From the IMG/VR virus record IMGVR_UViG_3300021399_000098: DNA of 64,000 nucleotides. One strand, 5' to 3'. The translations under genes and the position numbers were made by a program. This DNA comes from a virus. Its lineage: Duplodnaviria; Caudoviricetes. Shown here one piece after another: positions 1 to 9,470 of this stretch (within the stretch, counting starts at the first letter, position 1; each line of letters starts with the position of its first letter). The notes under the pieces were generated by a model that was not told the origin of the DNA, did no database searches, and was given only the letters and a program-made list of their open reading frames with translations.

Positions 1-912
1 ATTACAGCAAAAAAGGACAAGTGGCATGAACCTATCATCAATCACTTGAAGAGGGCTGATTACGTTACAACTACAACTCCAATTTTTGCTGACGTTATTA
101 GGCCATTTAATAAAAATGTAATGGTTTTCCCAAATGCAATTAACCCAGAGGAAAAACAATACACTGTTCCAAAGACACAAGGTGACGGAAGACTTAGAGT
201 TGGTATTATTTGTGGCTCATCACACTTGAAGGACTTGCAATTGCTTGACGGCATCGCAAAGCAAATCAACAAAGACAAGGTACAATTCATCCTATGCGGA
301 TTCGACACGAGAGGTACTAGAACCATCTACAGAGAAGACGGACAAGTTGAGACAAGACCTATTAGGCCAGAGGAAAGCGTGTGGTGCGAGTATGAAAGGA
401 TATTCAGCGACAACTATAAACTAGTTTCAGAAGAACATAAGAACTTCTTATTGCAATATAACGCACACATTGATGACCCATTTACAAATGAGCCTTATAG
501 AAGAATGTGGACAAGAGACATCAGCAACTATGCCACACACTATGCAAACGTAGATGTATTGATTGCTCCTTTGAAGGAAAACGAATTCAATAAGGTTAAA
601 TCAGAACTTAAGGAAATTGAGTGCGGATTTACACATACAGCTTTTATTGCTCAGAACTTTGGAGCATATACCCTCAACCTTATTCCAATGATTGAAAAGG
701 GTGGAAAGATTAACGAAAACGGCACTGCATTATTGGTGGATACATCTAAAAATCATAAGCAATGGGCTAAGTACATCAACAAGCTTGCTGACGATAGGGA
801 AATGCTTAAGAAGCTTCAAGACAACCTTTACAACTACGTCAAAGACAAGTATTCATTGGACACAATTTGTAAACAAAGAGTAGAATTTTATAAGAAAATT
901 GTAAATAAGTAA
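1..912 (+). CDS. GT-B fold (GT4-like) glycosyltransferase, 5'-truncated by the window edge
   Basis: Frame is open from base 1. Motifs ADYVTTTT, VFPNAI and DVLIAPL..NEFNKVKSELKEIE are typical of phage GT4-like proteins. Confidence 0.75.
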   Translation: MTAKKDKWHEPIINHLKRADYVTTTTPIFADVIRPFNKNVMVFPNAINPEEKQYTVPKTQGDGRLRVGIICGSSHLKDLQLLDGIAKQINKDKVQFILCGFDTRGTRTIYREDGQVETRPIRPEESVWCEYERIFSDNYKLVSEEHKNFLLQYNAHIDDPFTNEPYRRMWTRDISNYATHYANVDVLIAPLKENEFNKVKSELKEIECGFTHTAFIAQNFGAYTLNLIPMIEKGGKINENGTALLVDTSKNHKQWAKYINKLADDREMLKKLQDNLYNYVKDKYSLDTICKQRVEFYKKIVNK

Positions 913-1084
913 AGGAAATTACAATCAACATTACAAAAAATAACAATAATATAAATAATATAAAATTTTAAAAGAATATTATATATTAAATAAAATATAT
1001 AGTATTCTTTTTTTAATATATATTATATATTATTATATAAAGAAAAGAAATATATAAAGAAAAGAAAAATTCGTTATTCAATTT

Positions 1085-1116
1085 TTTGCTTTTTTAACTT
1101 TTTTTTTATATCTTTG
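1085..1116 (+). promoter_or_regulatory. Bacteroidota primary-sigma type promoter (TTTG-N20-TATCTTTG)
   Basis: TTTG at 1085-1088 and TATCTTTG at 1109-1116, upstream of the ATG at 1142. Confidence 0.75.
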
Positions 1117-1141
1117 CATTGAAGTTAAAAAAGTTAAAATT

Positions 1142-1708
1142 ATGATTACAACAGAAACAAAAGAAAAAAACTTAAAGTTATTTTTTAAAAAACTCTCACA
1201 GCTTGGCATTAATTCAGAATGTCTTGAGAGCATGTATGGTGAAAAAATCCTCAACGCAAGTTTCACCAATTCAAATGAGTATGGAAACGCATATGAAGGT
1301 TCGTTCCTAGAAATCGTACTTAAAAAGCTTACTCCATATGCTGTTAAGCTTAACGAACTTTTGCCAGAGGATAAAAGGGTTGACAAAGATTCCCTAGTTA
1401 AAATTTGTCTTCTTCACCAAATTGCCAAAGCGATTAGACTTGTGCCAAATGATAATCAATGGGAGGTTGAAAAGAGAGGCTTTGTCTACAAGTATGACAG
1501 CAACTTGCCATCAATCAGAACTGGTCTTCATTCCCTAGTCATGTGTCAAAACTGCGGAATTCAGTTCACGGCAGAAGAGGCAGAGGCAATGACGGTCAAT
1601 GACAGAGACATGACTGACGAGCAAGCTAGATGGTTCTCAAGCATAATGGCAACCATTGTTAGGCAAGCTAGTGAATTAACATACTTAGAAATTAACGATA
1701 AGAAGTGA
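1142..1708 (+). CDS. HD-domain-like protein (degenerate, HD replaced by HQ)
   Basis: AYEGSFLE..., ICLLHQIAK and a later EEAEAM resemble phage HD phosphohydrolases. Confidence 0.55.
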   Translation: MITTETKEKNLKLFFKKLSQLGINSECLESMYGEKILNASFTNSNEYGNAYEGSFLEIVLKKLTPYAVKLNELLPEDKRVDKDSLVKICLLHQIAKAIRLVPNDNQWEVEKRGFVYKYDSNLPSIRTGLHSLVMCQNCGIQFTAEEAEAMTVNDRDMTDEQARWFSSIMATIVRQASELTYLEINDKK

Positions 1709-2397
1709 TGGAAAATACAGATAACTTGACGTATGACAACAGGGCATACATTGAAGGTGATACAAAAGATTTATTCACCTATCTGAAAGAAGCAATAGGA
1801 CATTCACCACTTGAGGTTGGTTTCAAAAAACTAGACAAGGATGCAGTTATACCAAGCTATGCTCACGATGGTGATGTTGGAATGGATTTTACAGCAATCA
1901 GTGTAGAATACGACCAAGAAAAGGACATATACATTTATCACACTGGTCTTGCTTTCGAAACGGAAAAACATTACGGTGCATTTCTTTTCCCAAGAAGTTC
2001 TAACAGAAAAACGGATGCTTACCTATGCAATCACGTTGGAATTGCTGACACTGCAATCTATAGGGGTGAAATAATGTTTTGTTATAAAAACAGAACTTCA
2101 CTTGAAGTTAGGGCAGAAATTGAAAAAAGCAGATATTTGATTTCGCGCTTGTCTTATGAGCCATTTACTGTAAGCAATGGCGATGCGGTAATGTTTCAAT
2201 GGCCACATGTGGCAAAGGATGCAGAAAATGCAGGAAATTGGATTTATGACAATCCAATGAATTTTGCACCTTATAAAGCAGGTGATAAAATAGGTCAAAT
2301 GGTAGTTCTTCCTTATCCAAATGTGAAATTGGTTGAAAGAATGGAATTATCTGAGACTGTTCGTGGAGATAATGGTTTTGGTTCAACAGGAAATTAA
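1708..2397 (+). CDS. dut: dUTPase (trimeric type) with an internal insertion
   Basis: GDVGMDF, PRSS, GIADTAIYRG, GDKIGQMV and the C-terminal RGDNGFGSTG motif. Confidence 0.92.
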   Translation: MENTDNLTYDNRAYIEGDTKDLFTYLKEAIGHSPLEVGFKKLDKDAVIPSYAHDGDVGMDFTAISVEYDQEKDIYIYHTGLAFETEKHYGAFLFPRSSNRKTDAYLCNHVGIADTAIYRGEIMFCYKNRTSLEVRAEIEKSRYLISRLSYEPFTVSNGDAVMFQWPHVAKDAENAGNWIYDNPMNFAPYKAGDKIGQMVVLPYPNVKLVERMELSETVRGDNGFGSTGN

Positions 2398-2399
2398 TT

Positions 2400-2936
2400 A
2401 TGAACATATTAGAAGTATTTTTTTGGTATTGCAAGTCTATGGGAATTATGGGTGAAATGTGGAACATATACCAAAATGCTAATTTTGGAACATGGAAGTA
2501 CGACCAGTCTTTAAACAAATCATATTACGGCAAATACAAATTTAAAGAACATCTTGAATTTAGTTGCAACAGATATGGTATGATAGGACTATTTTGCGGT
2601 TTGGAAGATTGTTGCCATCACACTCTATACCGACTAATGAAAAGTGAAAAGATTAAAAGGGCTAGAAGAAATTGGGTTAGATTTGTTAAAAACAACCTAA
2701 TCGTTTTACCTTCATTTGTTAAAGAAGGGGATAGGATACATGCAGTTACTAATTTTATTACTGTAGAAGGAGTTCTTGAAAAAATAACAGAAAATAAGGA
2801 ACTTTTGGTAAGAGACAATAATGGAAGAGTCAATTATGTAAGTTTATTTAGACCTATTACCATAAACGGAAAAAAAAGAGAACCAAAGTTTATAATTAAG
2901 AAAAATAGAAAAATATATGGGGCTGATAAAGAATAA
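2400..2936 (+). CDS. hypothetical protein
   Basis: 178-aa ORF tightly packed in the operon. Confidence 0.6.
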   Translation: MNILEVFFWYCKSMGIMGEMWNIYQNANFGTWKYDQSLNKSYYGKYKFKEHLEFSCNRYGMIGLFCGLEDCCHHTLYRLMKSEKIKRARRNWVRFVKNNLIVLPSFVKEGDRIHAVTNFITVEGVLEKITENKELLVRDNNGRVNYVSLFRPITINGKKREPKFIIKKNRKIYGADKE

Positions 2937-4029
2937 AGTGTATTACACATATACAGATGTTACAATATTACCAGGAGTGATAAGTAACATCGAACACAGA
3001 AAAGAATGTATTCCTTTAGATGAAAACGGAATGTTACCATTGTTTACTGCTCCTATGGACACTGTTGTTGATGAGCATAATTGCCAACAGTTTACCGATG
3101 AAATGGTTTACGCAATACTGCCGAGGACAGTTTCTTTTGAGACTAGGCTGTCATACTCCATCAAAAATCGTTGGGCTGCATATTCACTTGCAGAGTTTGA
3201 AACTGCTTTTTGCACTGAAAGTAACAAGCTTGACGAATCAAACGGTATAAAGGTATTAATAGATATTGCAAACGGCCATATGAAAAAAGTTCTAGACTTG
3301 ATTAGGGCAGCAAAGAACATATACGGTCAGAACATCACCATAATGGTCGGAAATATAGCGAATCCTTACACATTTGAAAAACTCTCAAAAGCTGGTGCGG
3401 ATTTCATTCGTTGCGGAATAGGAAGTGGTTGCGGATGCTTATCTACGAGCAATACTGGAATACATATGCCAATGGTTTCACTTATTGATGAAATTTCAAC
3501 AATTAAAAAAGACTTTAGTCTTAAAGCTAAAATAGTCGCAGATGGCGGTATAAGGAATTACTCTGACATTATTAAGGCAATCGCTGTTGGTGCTGACTAT
3601 GTGATGGTAGGAAGTGTGTTTGCCAAGATGTTTGAATCGGCAGCACCGAAATATCCGAATTCTGAAGACTGGGCAGAAAAACCACTTGGAGTGGAACTTA
3701 GGGATTTGGAAAACATACACAAAGAAGGAAATGCTTGGTATGGCTCATACAACCATAAGGAAATTTTTCTAGGTAACATCAGTCTTAAGTTCTATGGAAT
3801 GGCATCAAAACAAGGGCAAATCGCTTTAAATGGCACTAAAACCAAGACAAGTGAAGGTTTGATGAAAACTTTGCAAGTTGAATATACAATGCATGGATGG
3901 TGTATGAACTTTATTGATTACCTTCGTTCTGCAATGTCATATGTCGGAGTTAAAACGTTAGATGATTTTAGAAGAGAATCTGTAGTCATTATAAATTCTC
4001 CAAATGCAGTTTCTGCTGTTAATAAATAA
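2917..4029 (+). CDS. GMP reductase / IMP dehydrogenase family protein
   Basis: TAPMDTV, IDIANGH, GIGSGCGC (catalytic Cys loop), ADGGI, FYGMAS and LRSAMSYVG. Confidence 0.88.
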   Translation: MGLIKNKVYYTYTDVTILPGVISNIEHRKECIPLDENGMLPLFTAPMDTVVDEHNCQQFTDEMVYAILPRTVSFETRLSYSIKNRWAAYSLAEFETAFCTESNKLDESNGIKVLIDIANGHMKKVLDLIRAAKNIYGQNITIMVGNIANPYTFEKLSKAGADFIRCGIGSGCGCLSTSNTGIHMPMVSLIDEISTIKKDFSLKAKIVADGGIRNYSDIIKAIAVGADYVMVGSVFAKMFESAAPKYPNSEDWAEKPLGVELRDLENIHKEGNAWYGSYNHKEIFLGNISLKFYGMASKQGQIALNGTKTKTSEGLMKTLQVEYTMHGWCMNFIDYLRSAMSYVGVKTLDDFRRESVVIINSPNAVSAVNK

Positions 4030-4043
4030 CTTTTTCAAAAAAT

Positions 4044-4080
4044 TAAGTGATTAAGAATTGATTCTTAGTCACTTTTTTTT
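4044..4080 (+). terminator. intrinsic terminator
   Basis: aagtgattaagaat-tg-attcttagtcactt hairpin followed by a T-tract. Confidence 0.65.
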
Positions 4081-4095
4081 ATTTTTTAATAAAAA

Positions 4096-4785
4096 ATGGA
4101 AAATAGTATTTCAGTTATATTTTGTTCAAAGAAAAAGGGCGAAGACAGCAAAGAGTTTATTGAACATATAAAAAACACATGCGGATGTGATACTCATGTG
4201 TTGCATGTATATAACCCAGATGGTGTTTCAATTTCAAAGATATACGCAGACATGCTAGTATCTAAAGACATTGGAACAGACATCATTGTGTTTATACACG
4301 ATGACATAGAATTCTTAAGAAAAGACTGGGGAAAAGAAATCTTAAGGCTATTCAACGAGCACGAAGACTATGGAATCATTGGAGTCGCAGGTTCAGCTCA
4401 ATTTGATGAAAAGGGTGCATGGTGGAATTATGAAAAGAAATTCGGACAAGTCTTGCACAGAAGTGAGGGTAAGTCTTGGCTAACAGCATTTTCTCCATTA
4501 TTGGATAAGGATTTGCAAGAAGTGGCTGTAATTGACGGACTTTTCATTGCAGTGCACAAGAAAAGAATTTCTGACAATTTCTCTAGGGAACTTAACGGTT
4601 TTGATTTCTATGATGTGTATTTTTGTTTGAAAAACCTTTTGGCTAAAAAAACAAAAATTGGTGTTACAACCAATATTAGGTTGGCGCATAACTCAGTAGG
4701 AAAACTGAAGGACACATGGTATACAAATAGGGAAATAATCAATAAAATTTTTGGGGATAAATACCCAATAGACGTATTAAAATAA
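4096..4785 (+). CDS. glycosyltransferase, GT-A / GT2-like
   Basis: IIVFIHDDIEF (DxD-like), GIIGVAG, IDGLFIA and FDFYDVYFCL. Confidence 0.8.
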   Translation: MENSISVIFCSKKKGEDSKEFIEHIKNTCGCDTHVLHVYNPDGVSISKIYADMLVSKDIGTDIIVFIHDDIEFLRKDWGKEILRLFNEHEDYGIIGVAGSAQFDEKGAWWNYEKKFGQVLHRSEGKSWLTAFSPLLDKDLQEVAVIDGLFIAVHKKRISDNFSRELNGFDFYDVYFCLKNLLAKKTKIGVTTNIRLAHNSVGKLKDTWYTNREIINKIFGDKYPIDVLK

Positions 4786-4808
4786 TTTTTGGTACAATTT
4801 TTGCTAGT

Positions 4809-5060
4809 ATGAAAATAAGTGAAATGACAACTGAACAAATTTTTACACTCTACAACATTGCTTGTGATATTTGTAGAGAATATTCAAGAATGACTGATGG
4901 TTATGTCCTTGCAACTGGTGATAATGTTCTTGACCCATCTGCTGTTTTACCACGCGACATACAAAACACCATCATCGAAAGACAACAATATTTTGCCGTT
5001 AAGGACAAAATAATGAATGAACTTAAAAAAAGGTTATTAACTGAAATAGAATATGAATAA
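4809..5060 (+). CDS. hypothetical protein
   Basis: 83-aa ORF in the operon. Confidence 0.55.
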   Translation: MKISEMTTEQIFTLYNIACDICREYSRMTDGYVLATGDNVLDPSAVLPRDIQNTIIERQQYFAVKDKIMNELKKRLLTEIEYE

Positions 5061-6033
5061 AATAAAGAAATACCTACTTAACATCTGGTATGGTCTTCCA
5101 TTCGGCCTTAAAGGTGCTGATACTGAAATCATGGGAAGTGGAAGCAAAGACGAAAATGGTACTACGATAGGACAAGAAGTATCTGACGAAAGGGTGGCAA
5201 AGCATCTTCTAAAGGGAGAAGTGACGCAAGAAGTAGAGGAACTTAGATATAGAACATACAAGGTTGCGAATGAAGCTGATAATTATGAATATTTGGGAAA
5301 TGGTGTTGCGGTTAAAAAAGAAGCTAAACCAAGGAAGGACAGAACGAAATACAAGTTTACCCAAGAGAACGAAAACTTATGTGAATCTGTATTGGATGCA
5401 TTGAAACAAGTTGGCAACTATGGAATGGAAAAATATAGGTTTGAAATCGACTATACAGAGTTCATTAGATTTAAGGTTGAAAAATATGCGACCAAGATTG
5501 ACGTTAACATAGACGATGATAACGGAATCGTAGAGACTACCTTGCATTTCAACACAGAGCCTAACCCTTACGATGCAGTTTCAAAGCCATTCATCAATGA
5601 ATTGGAAAAAATAGCAACAGCTAAAAACGAACATGAAATAGCTAGGAATGAAATTGCATTATCCATCAAGAGCATTTCATTTGCCACATACAAAGCTTCA
5701 AATGAAGATGACTTGGTAACTTATAGTTTCAGCAACGGAAAGTTCAAATCCTTTGAAAAGAAGGGATATGAATATCTGATGACTTATTCATGGGATGAAT
5801 ATGTAAGGCTTCCTCTTAGCCTAGAAAGCAAATATTATTCCGCATCAATGGCCGAAAAGTACAAGAACAAAGAAAGGAAAGACACCCTTGTTTCGATGGT
5901 GGAAAGTGAAAGGAAAAGGTATTGCTCAGTGTGTGGAAAAGAAATATCAGTGTATGATGCTGACATACAAGAGGCTGATGGGCATGAGCCAGTATGCAAA
6001 GAATGTATGCAAAAAGCATTTAATAAACAATAA
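5053..6033 (+). CDS. hypothetical protein with a C-terminal CxxC..CxxC zinc finger
   Basis: CSVC...CKEC at the C-terminus. Confidence 0.65.
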   Translation: MNKIKKYLLNIWYGLPFGLKGADTEIMGSGSKDENGTTIGQEVSDERVAKHLLKGEVTQEVEELRYRTYKVANEADNYEYLGNGVAVKKEAKPRKDRTKYKFTQENENLCESVLDALKQVGNYGMEKYRFEIDYTEFIRFKVEKYATKIDVNIDDDNGIVETTLHFNTEPNPYDAVSKPFINELEKIATAKNEHEIARNEIALSIKSISFATYKASNEDDLVTYSFSNGKFKSFEKKGYEYLMTYSWDEYVRLPLSLESKYYSASMAEKYKNKERKDTLVSMVESERKRYCSVCGKEISVYDADIQEADGHEPVCKECMQKAFNKQ

Positions 6034-6050
6034 AAAACATTATATTTTAT

Positions 6051-6650
6051 ATGATAACAATTGGAATTGAATTAAATCACGTCATAAGAAATATTAACAA
6101 GCAAATTGTTAAATACTATTCAAAGGAATATGACCCATCAACTGACATTGATGAGATTGATGATAAGGAAGATGTGCTAGAAACATACGCCAAGTTTAAG
6201 AGCAGATACGATAAGAACAACTTTCTGTTTATAGACTATCCTTATGAAATATTTGGATGCGCGAATACAATGGAAAAGAAACTGCCAAGCAAAATAACCA
6301 ACTGGTTAACTGAAATTTCAAACATTGAAGACAAGGACATCAGAATCATATTCTACAGCTTGAATGAAGAGGCACTTACCATTCAGTCAACTTTCTTCTT
6401 CTTAAGCAAGATTGGAACTAGGGTAAGAAAAGTAATATTCCCTAAGAGCATAGATGAAGTGTGGGATGAATGTGATGTCATAATAACCGCAAGGAATGGA
6501 TTCTTTGAAAAGGGTATCCCAGATGGCAAGAAAGCTGTTCTAATCAACAGACCATTCAATAAGGAATTTAAAGACAAAGCCATTTTGAATTATGATAATT
6601 TAAGTGACCTAATTGATGATAAAAACTTTTTTAATGAAATTACAAAATGA
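6051..6650 (+). CDS. HAD-fold 5'(3')-nucleotidase-like protein (degenerate motif I)
   Basis: N-terminal ITIGIELNHVIRN in place of IGIDxDGV; C-terminal LINRPFN. Confidence 0.55.
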   Translation: MITIGIELNHVIRNINKQIVKYYSKEYDPSTDIDEIDDKEDVLETYAKFKSRYDKNNFLFIDYPYEIFGCANTMEKKLPSKITNWLTEISNIEDKDIRIIFYSLNEEALTIQSTFFFLSKIGTRVRKVIFPKSIDEVWDECDVIITARNGFFEKGIPDGKKAVLINRPFNKEFKDKAILNYDNLSDLIDDKNFFNEITK

Positions 6651-6985
6651 ATGAAAGCATGACATTAATTTTCGACATTAACAAAATCACCGACTTTGTT
6701 TTTGGAAATCCAAATGACAGAACAAATGAGGTGGAGATAACGGAGTCTTTCGTGTTTGACAAGAAATTGGATAAGATGATTCCAAACGCAAAGGAAGTTA
6801 AGGAAGTAAAGGTCAATGACTATACTGGCCAAAACACTATCCGTTATGACATGGTTAAAACGTTTATCGACATTCTAGACGCAGTTGAAGACACAAATGC
6901 AATGACTCTAGGACAGAAGATAACATATAACACAATGCAAGCTTACGAACTAATAAAAGACATTAAAAACAACGACAATGAGTGA
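6647..6985 (+). CDS. hypothetical protein
   Basis: 112-aa ORF that overlaps its neighbours at start and stop. Confidence 0.6.
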   Translation: MNESMTLIFDINKITDFVFGNPNDRTNEVEITESFVFDKKLDKMIPNAKEVKEVKVNDYTGQNTIRYDMVKTFIDILDAVEDTNAMTLGQKITYNTMQAYELIKDIKNNDNE

Positions 6986-8066
6986 GAAAGATTTAAAGAT
7001 TATTGAAAACATCAATAGGGAAATTGAAAAAATTGACAAAAAGACCAACAGGGTTTATTTCTTTGTAATTGACACTAAGGGTGTGCCTAGCGGAAGCCTA
7101 GAGTACATTTATAAATTAGCAATGATTCTAAAGGATGAAGGATATGATATAAGTATGCTACACACTGAAGATGAGTTTGTCGGAGTCGGTGAATGGTTAG
7201 GAGAAGCCTATGCTGCTTTACCACACTATAACGTAAACAAAGATGAAACTGGTACATCACCTTCAGATTTGTTGTTTATCCCAGAAATTTTCTCACAAGT
7301 TATGAATCAGACAAAGACTCTTCCTTGCAAGAGGGTTGCCATCCTTCAAAACTACAACTATGTCGTTGAGCAGATGCCATATGCTGCACAATGGGGAGAT
7401 TTCGGAATCATGGAGGGTATAACAAATTCAAAATACCAAGCTGCTGAGTTAAATGAGTCATTCCCATATGTAAAGCTTACAAAGGTTACTCCTTTCATTT
7501 CAAAGGTATTCGGTACAACAAATGAGCCTAAAAACATGGTTATAAATATTGTTGCGAAAGACCAGTCAGATATAAAGAAGGTTGTAAAGCCATTCTATTG
7601 GAAATACCCAATGTTTAAGTGGGTATCATTTAAGGAGCTTAGAAACTTGCCAAAGACTGACTTTGCAAAGGCATTGCGTGAGAACGCTGTAACCATCGTC
7701 ATAGACGAAGATGCAAGCTTCTGCTATTCAGCACTAGAGGCAATGAAGAGTGGGGCAATCACTATGTGCAAAGTTCCCAATACTACTTTGGATTGGGCTG
7801 ATTCAGAGGACGGAGTTTTGCCAAACTGCTGCGTGTGGTTTAACGACTATGACACGTTACACAAACAAATTGCAAGCGTTGTCCGTTCTTGGATTACTGA
7901 TAAAGTTCCAACTGTGTTGACAGAAGAAGCTAAGAAGGTGTGTGAGCAGTTTACAGAAGACAAGACCAAAGAACAACTATTAACTTTTGTTTCTTCAGTA
8001 CTAGGCAAAAGAAAGAAGGAAATGGAAGACCTAATAACACAAATTAAAAACAAAAAGGAAGAGTAA
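6978..8066 (+). CDS. GT-B fold glycosyltransferase-like protein
   Basis: SGSLEYIYKLA, DLLFIPEI and FCYSALEAMKSG (resembles the GT4 E-x7-E region). Confidence 0.65.
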   Translation: MSEKDLKIIENINREIEKIDKKTNRVYFFVIDTKGVPSGSLEYIYKLAMILKDEGYDISMLHTEDEFVGVGEWLGEAYAALPHYNVNKDETGTSPSDLLFIPEIFSQVMNQTKTLPCKRVAILQNYNYVVEQMPYAAQWGDFGIMEGITNSKYQAAELNESFPYVKLTKVTPFISKVFGTTNEPKNMVINIVAKDQSDIKKVVKPFYWKYPMFKWVSFKELRNLPKTDFAKALRENAVTIVIDEDASFCYSALEAMKSGAITMCKVPNTTLDWADSEDGVLPNCCVWFNDYDTLHKQIASVVRSWITDKVPTVLTEEAKKVCEQFTEDKTKEQLLTFVSSVLGKRKKEMEDLITQIKNKKEE

Positions 8067-8068
8067 TT

Positions 8069-8680
8069 ATGAAGGAATTTTTAATGGAAGATAGTAATGT
8101 TGGACACATCAATTCTGATGTATCAATCTGTGTTCACAAATATGAACAAGCCAAAAAAAATGACAATTTTAATGATAGAATCAAAGAATATTTAAATAGG
8201 TGGAAAAAGTTAGGATTTTTGGAAGGATTTCCAGAGGATAGAAAGGAAGAGCTAGCATTTGCATTTGAACAGCTTGCAGTGTTCTTGATTTTCTGTGAAG
8301 ATGACCAAACTGACAGGTTGTTCGATAAGGATGAATACGGCAATCGCCCATTTGAAACGGTTGGTTTTCCAATGACAAGAAGAATTATTGGAAACTTAGA
8401 GCCAAATGTATTTGATTTCCAAAAGTTTTTGGAGTATTGCAAGATATTCAACGTAAATGACATCATTAGATTTTTAGAAACTAATAAATTATGCTTTCAA
8501 CGCATTGACTATGAGGCAGAAGGTGTAGCTATATGTTGTGAAATGATTGAAAAGAAATTTAAAAATCCTGACAGAAATGATAAGGAAATCAAAGACGAAA
8601 GTCTTGACAGATTTTATAAAATAATTGAGGATAAAAAGAAACAGAATGAAGGAACTAGTAGTGATAATACCAATGCATGA
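8069..8680 (+). CDS. stand-alone paralogue of the major capsid protein N-terminal region
   Basis: MKEFL..VG.I, NRWKKLGFLEGFPE..KE and FETVGFPMTRR align with MCP MKEFL..VGNI, NRWDQLGFTEGLPEGIKE and FETVVFPIIRR. Confidence 0.75.
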   Translation: MKEFLMEDSNVGHINSDVSICVHKYEQAKKNDNFNDRIKEYLNRWKKLGFLEGFPEDRKEELAFAFEQLAVFLIFCEDDQTDRLFDKDEYGNRPFETVGFPMTRRIIGNLEPNVFDFQKFLEYCKIFNVNDIIRFLETNKLCFQRIDYEAEGVAICCEMIEKKFKNPDRNDKEIKDESLDRFYKIIEDKKKQNEGTSSDNTNA

Positions 8681-9422
8681 ATTTGGTAAAGAAAATATTG
8701 AGTTGTTAAATAAAGCCGTTGATTCAGTACCAAATGAAATCAATGTATTACTTTCAGTACCAAAGGGCATTGATGGGAAGAAATTGAAGGGAATCAGTGA
8801 CAGACTTGGTGTTATATCTGAATCAGAAGGTAGTTCTTTTGCTGAACTTGTAAACGCTGCCGTTGATAATATTGAAGAGAAGTGGTTCTCAATTCTTGAG
8901 TTCGATGATACATATACACCTATTTGGTTTGATAACGTCAAGAAATATATGGAATATATGCCAGAGGTAAGCGTGTTCATGCCTTTGGAAGATGTAGTTG
9001 ATTTCAACAACTCAAAATATATTGGATTCGGAAATGAAGCAGCATGGGCATCTTCATTCTCAAACGAAATCGGTTACATTGACAATGAATGTCTTCAGAA
9101 CTATTTTGATTTCTACCTAACAGGTAGTATTTTCAACACTGCCGATTGGAAAGAAATCGGAGGACTGAAACCATCCATCAAAGTAACGTTTTGGTACGAA
9201 TTCCTTCTTCGCCTAACAAATAAGTCAAAGAAAGTGTATGTAATTCCAAAGGTGGGATATATACACGCACTAGGAAGAAAGGGTTCTTTGATTGAAACTT
9301 ATAAGAGCACGATGTCAAAGGAAGAAACACAATGGTGGTTCGACCTTGCAAAACGTGAATATTACTTTAAGGAAGACAGAAAGAAGGAATATAAGAAAAC
9401 AGAAGATAATACCGAAGAATAA
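8646..9422 (+). CDS. glycosyltransferase family 2
   Basis: Starts MKELVVIIP (ATG at 8646); WFSILEFDD, EIGGLK and WYEFLLR. Confidence 0.75.
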   Translation: MKELVVIIPMHEFGKENIELLNKAVDSVPNEINVLLSVPKGIDGKKLKGISDRLGVISESEGSSFAELVNAAVDNIEEKWFSILEFDDTYTPIWFDNVKKYMEYMPEVSVFMPLEDVVDFNNSKYIGFGNEAAWASSFSNEIGYIDNECLQNYFDFYLTGSIFNTADWKEIGGLKPSIKVTFWYEFLLRLTNKSKKVYVIPKVGYIHALGRKGSLIETYKSTMSKEETQWWFDLAKREYYFKEDRKKEYKKTEDNTEE

Positions 9423-9433
9423 ATTAGTTATTG

Positions 9434-9470
9434 AAAAATGGCATTAATCTTTTATGGTTAGTGCCATTTT
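9434..9470. terminator. bidirectional intrinsic terminator
   Basis: aaaatggcattaa...ttagtgccatttt inverted repeat with A and T tracts. Confidence 0.7.

Noticed and set aside
950-957. TATAAATA match in the AT-rich spacer
   Set aside because: Expected by chance in nearly pure A/T sequence, and no suitably oriented gene follows.
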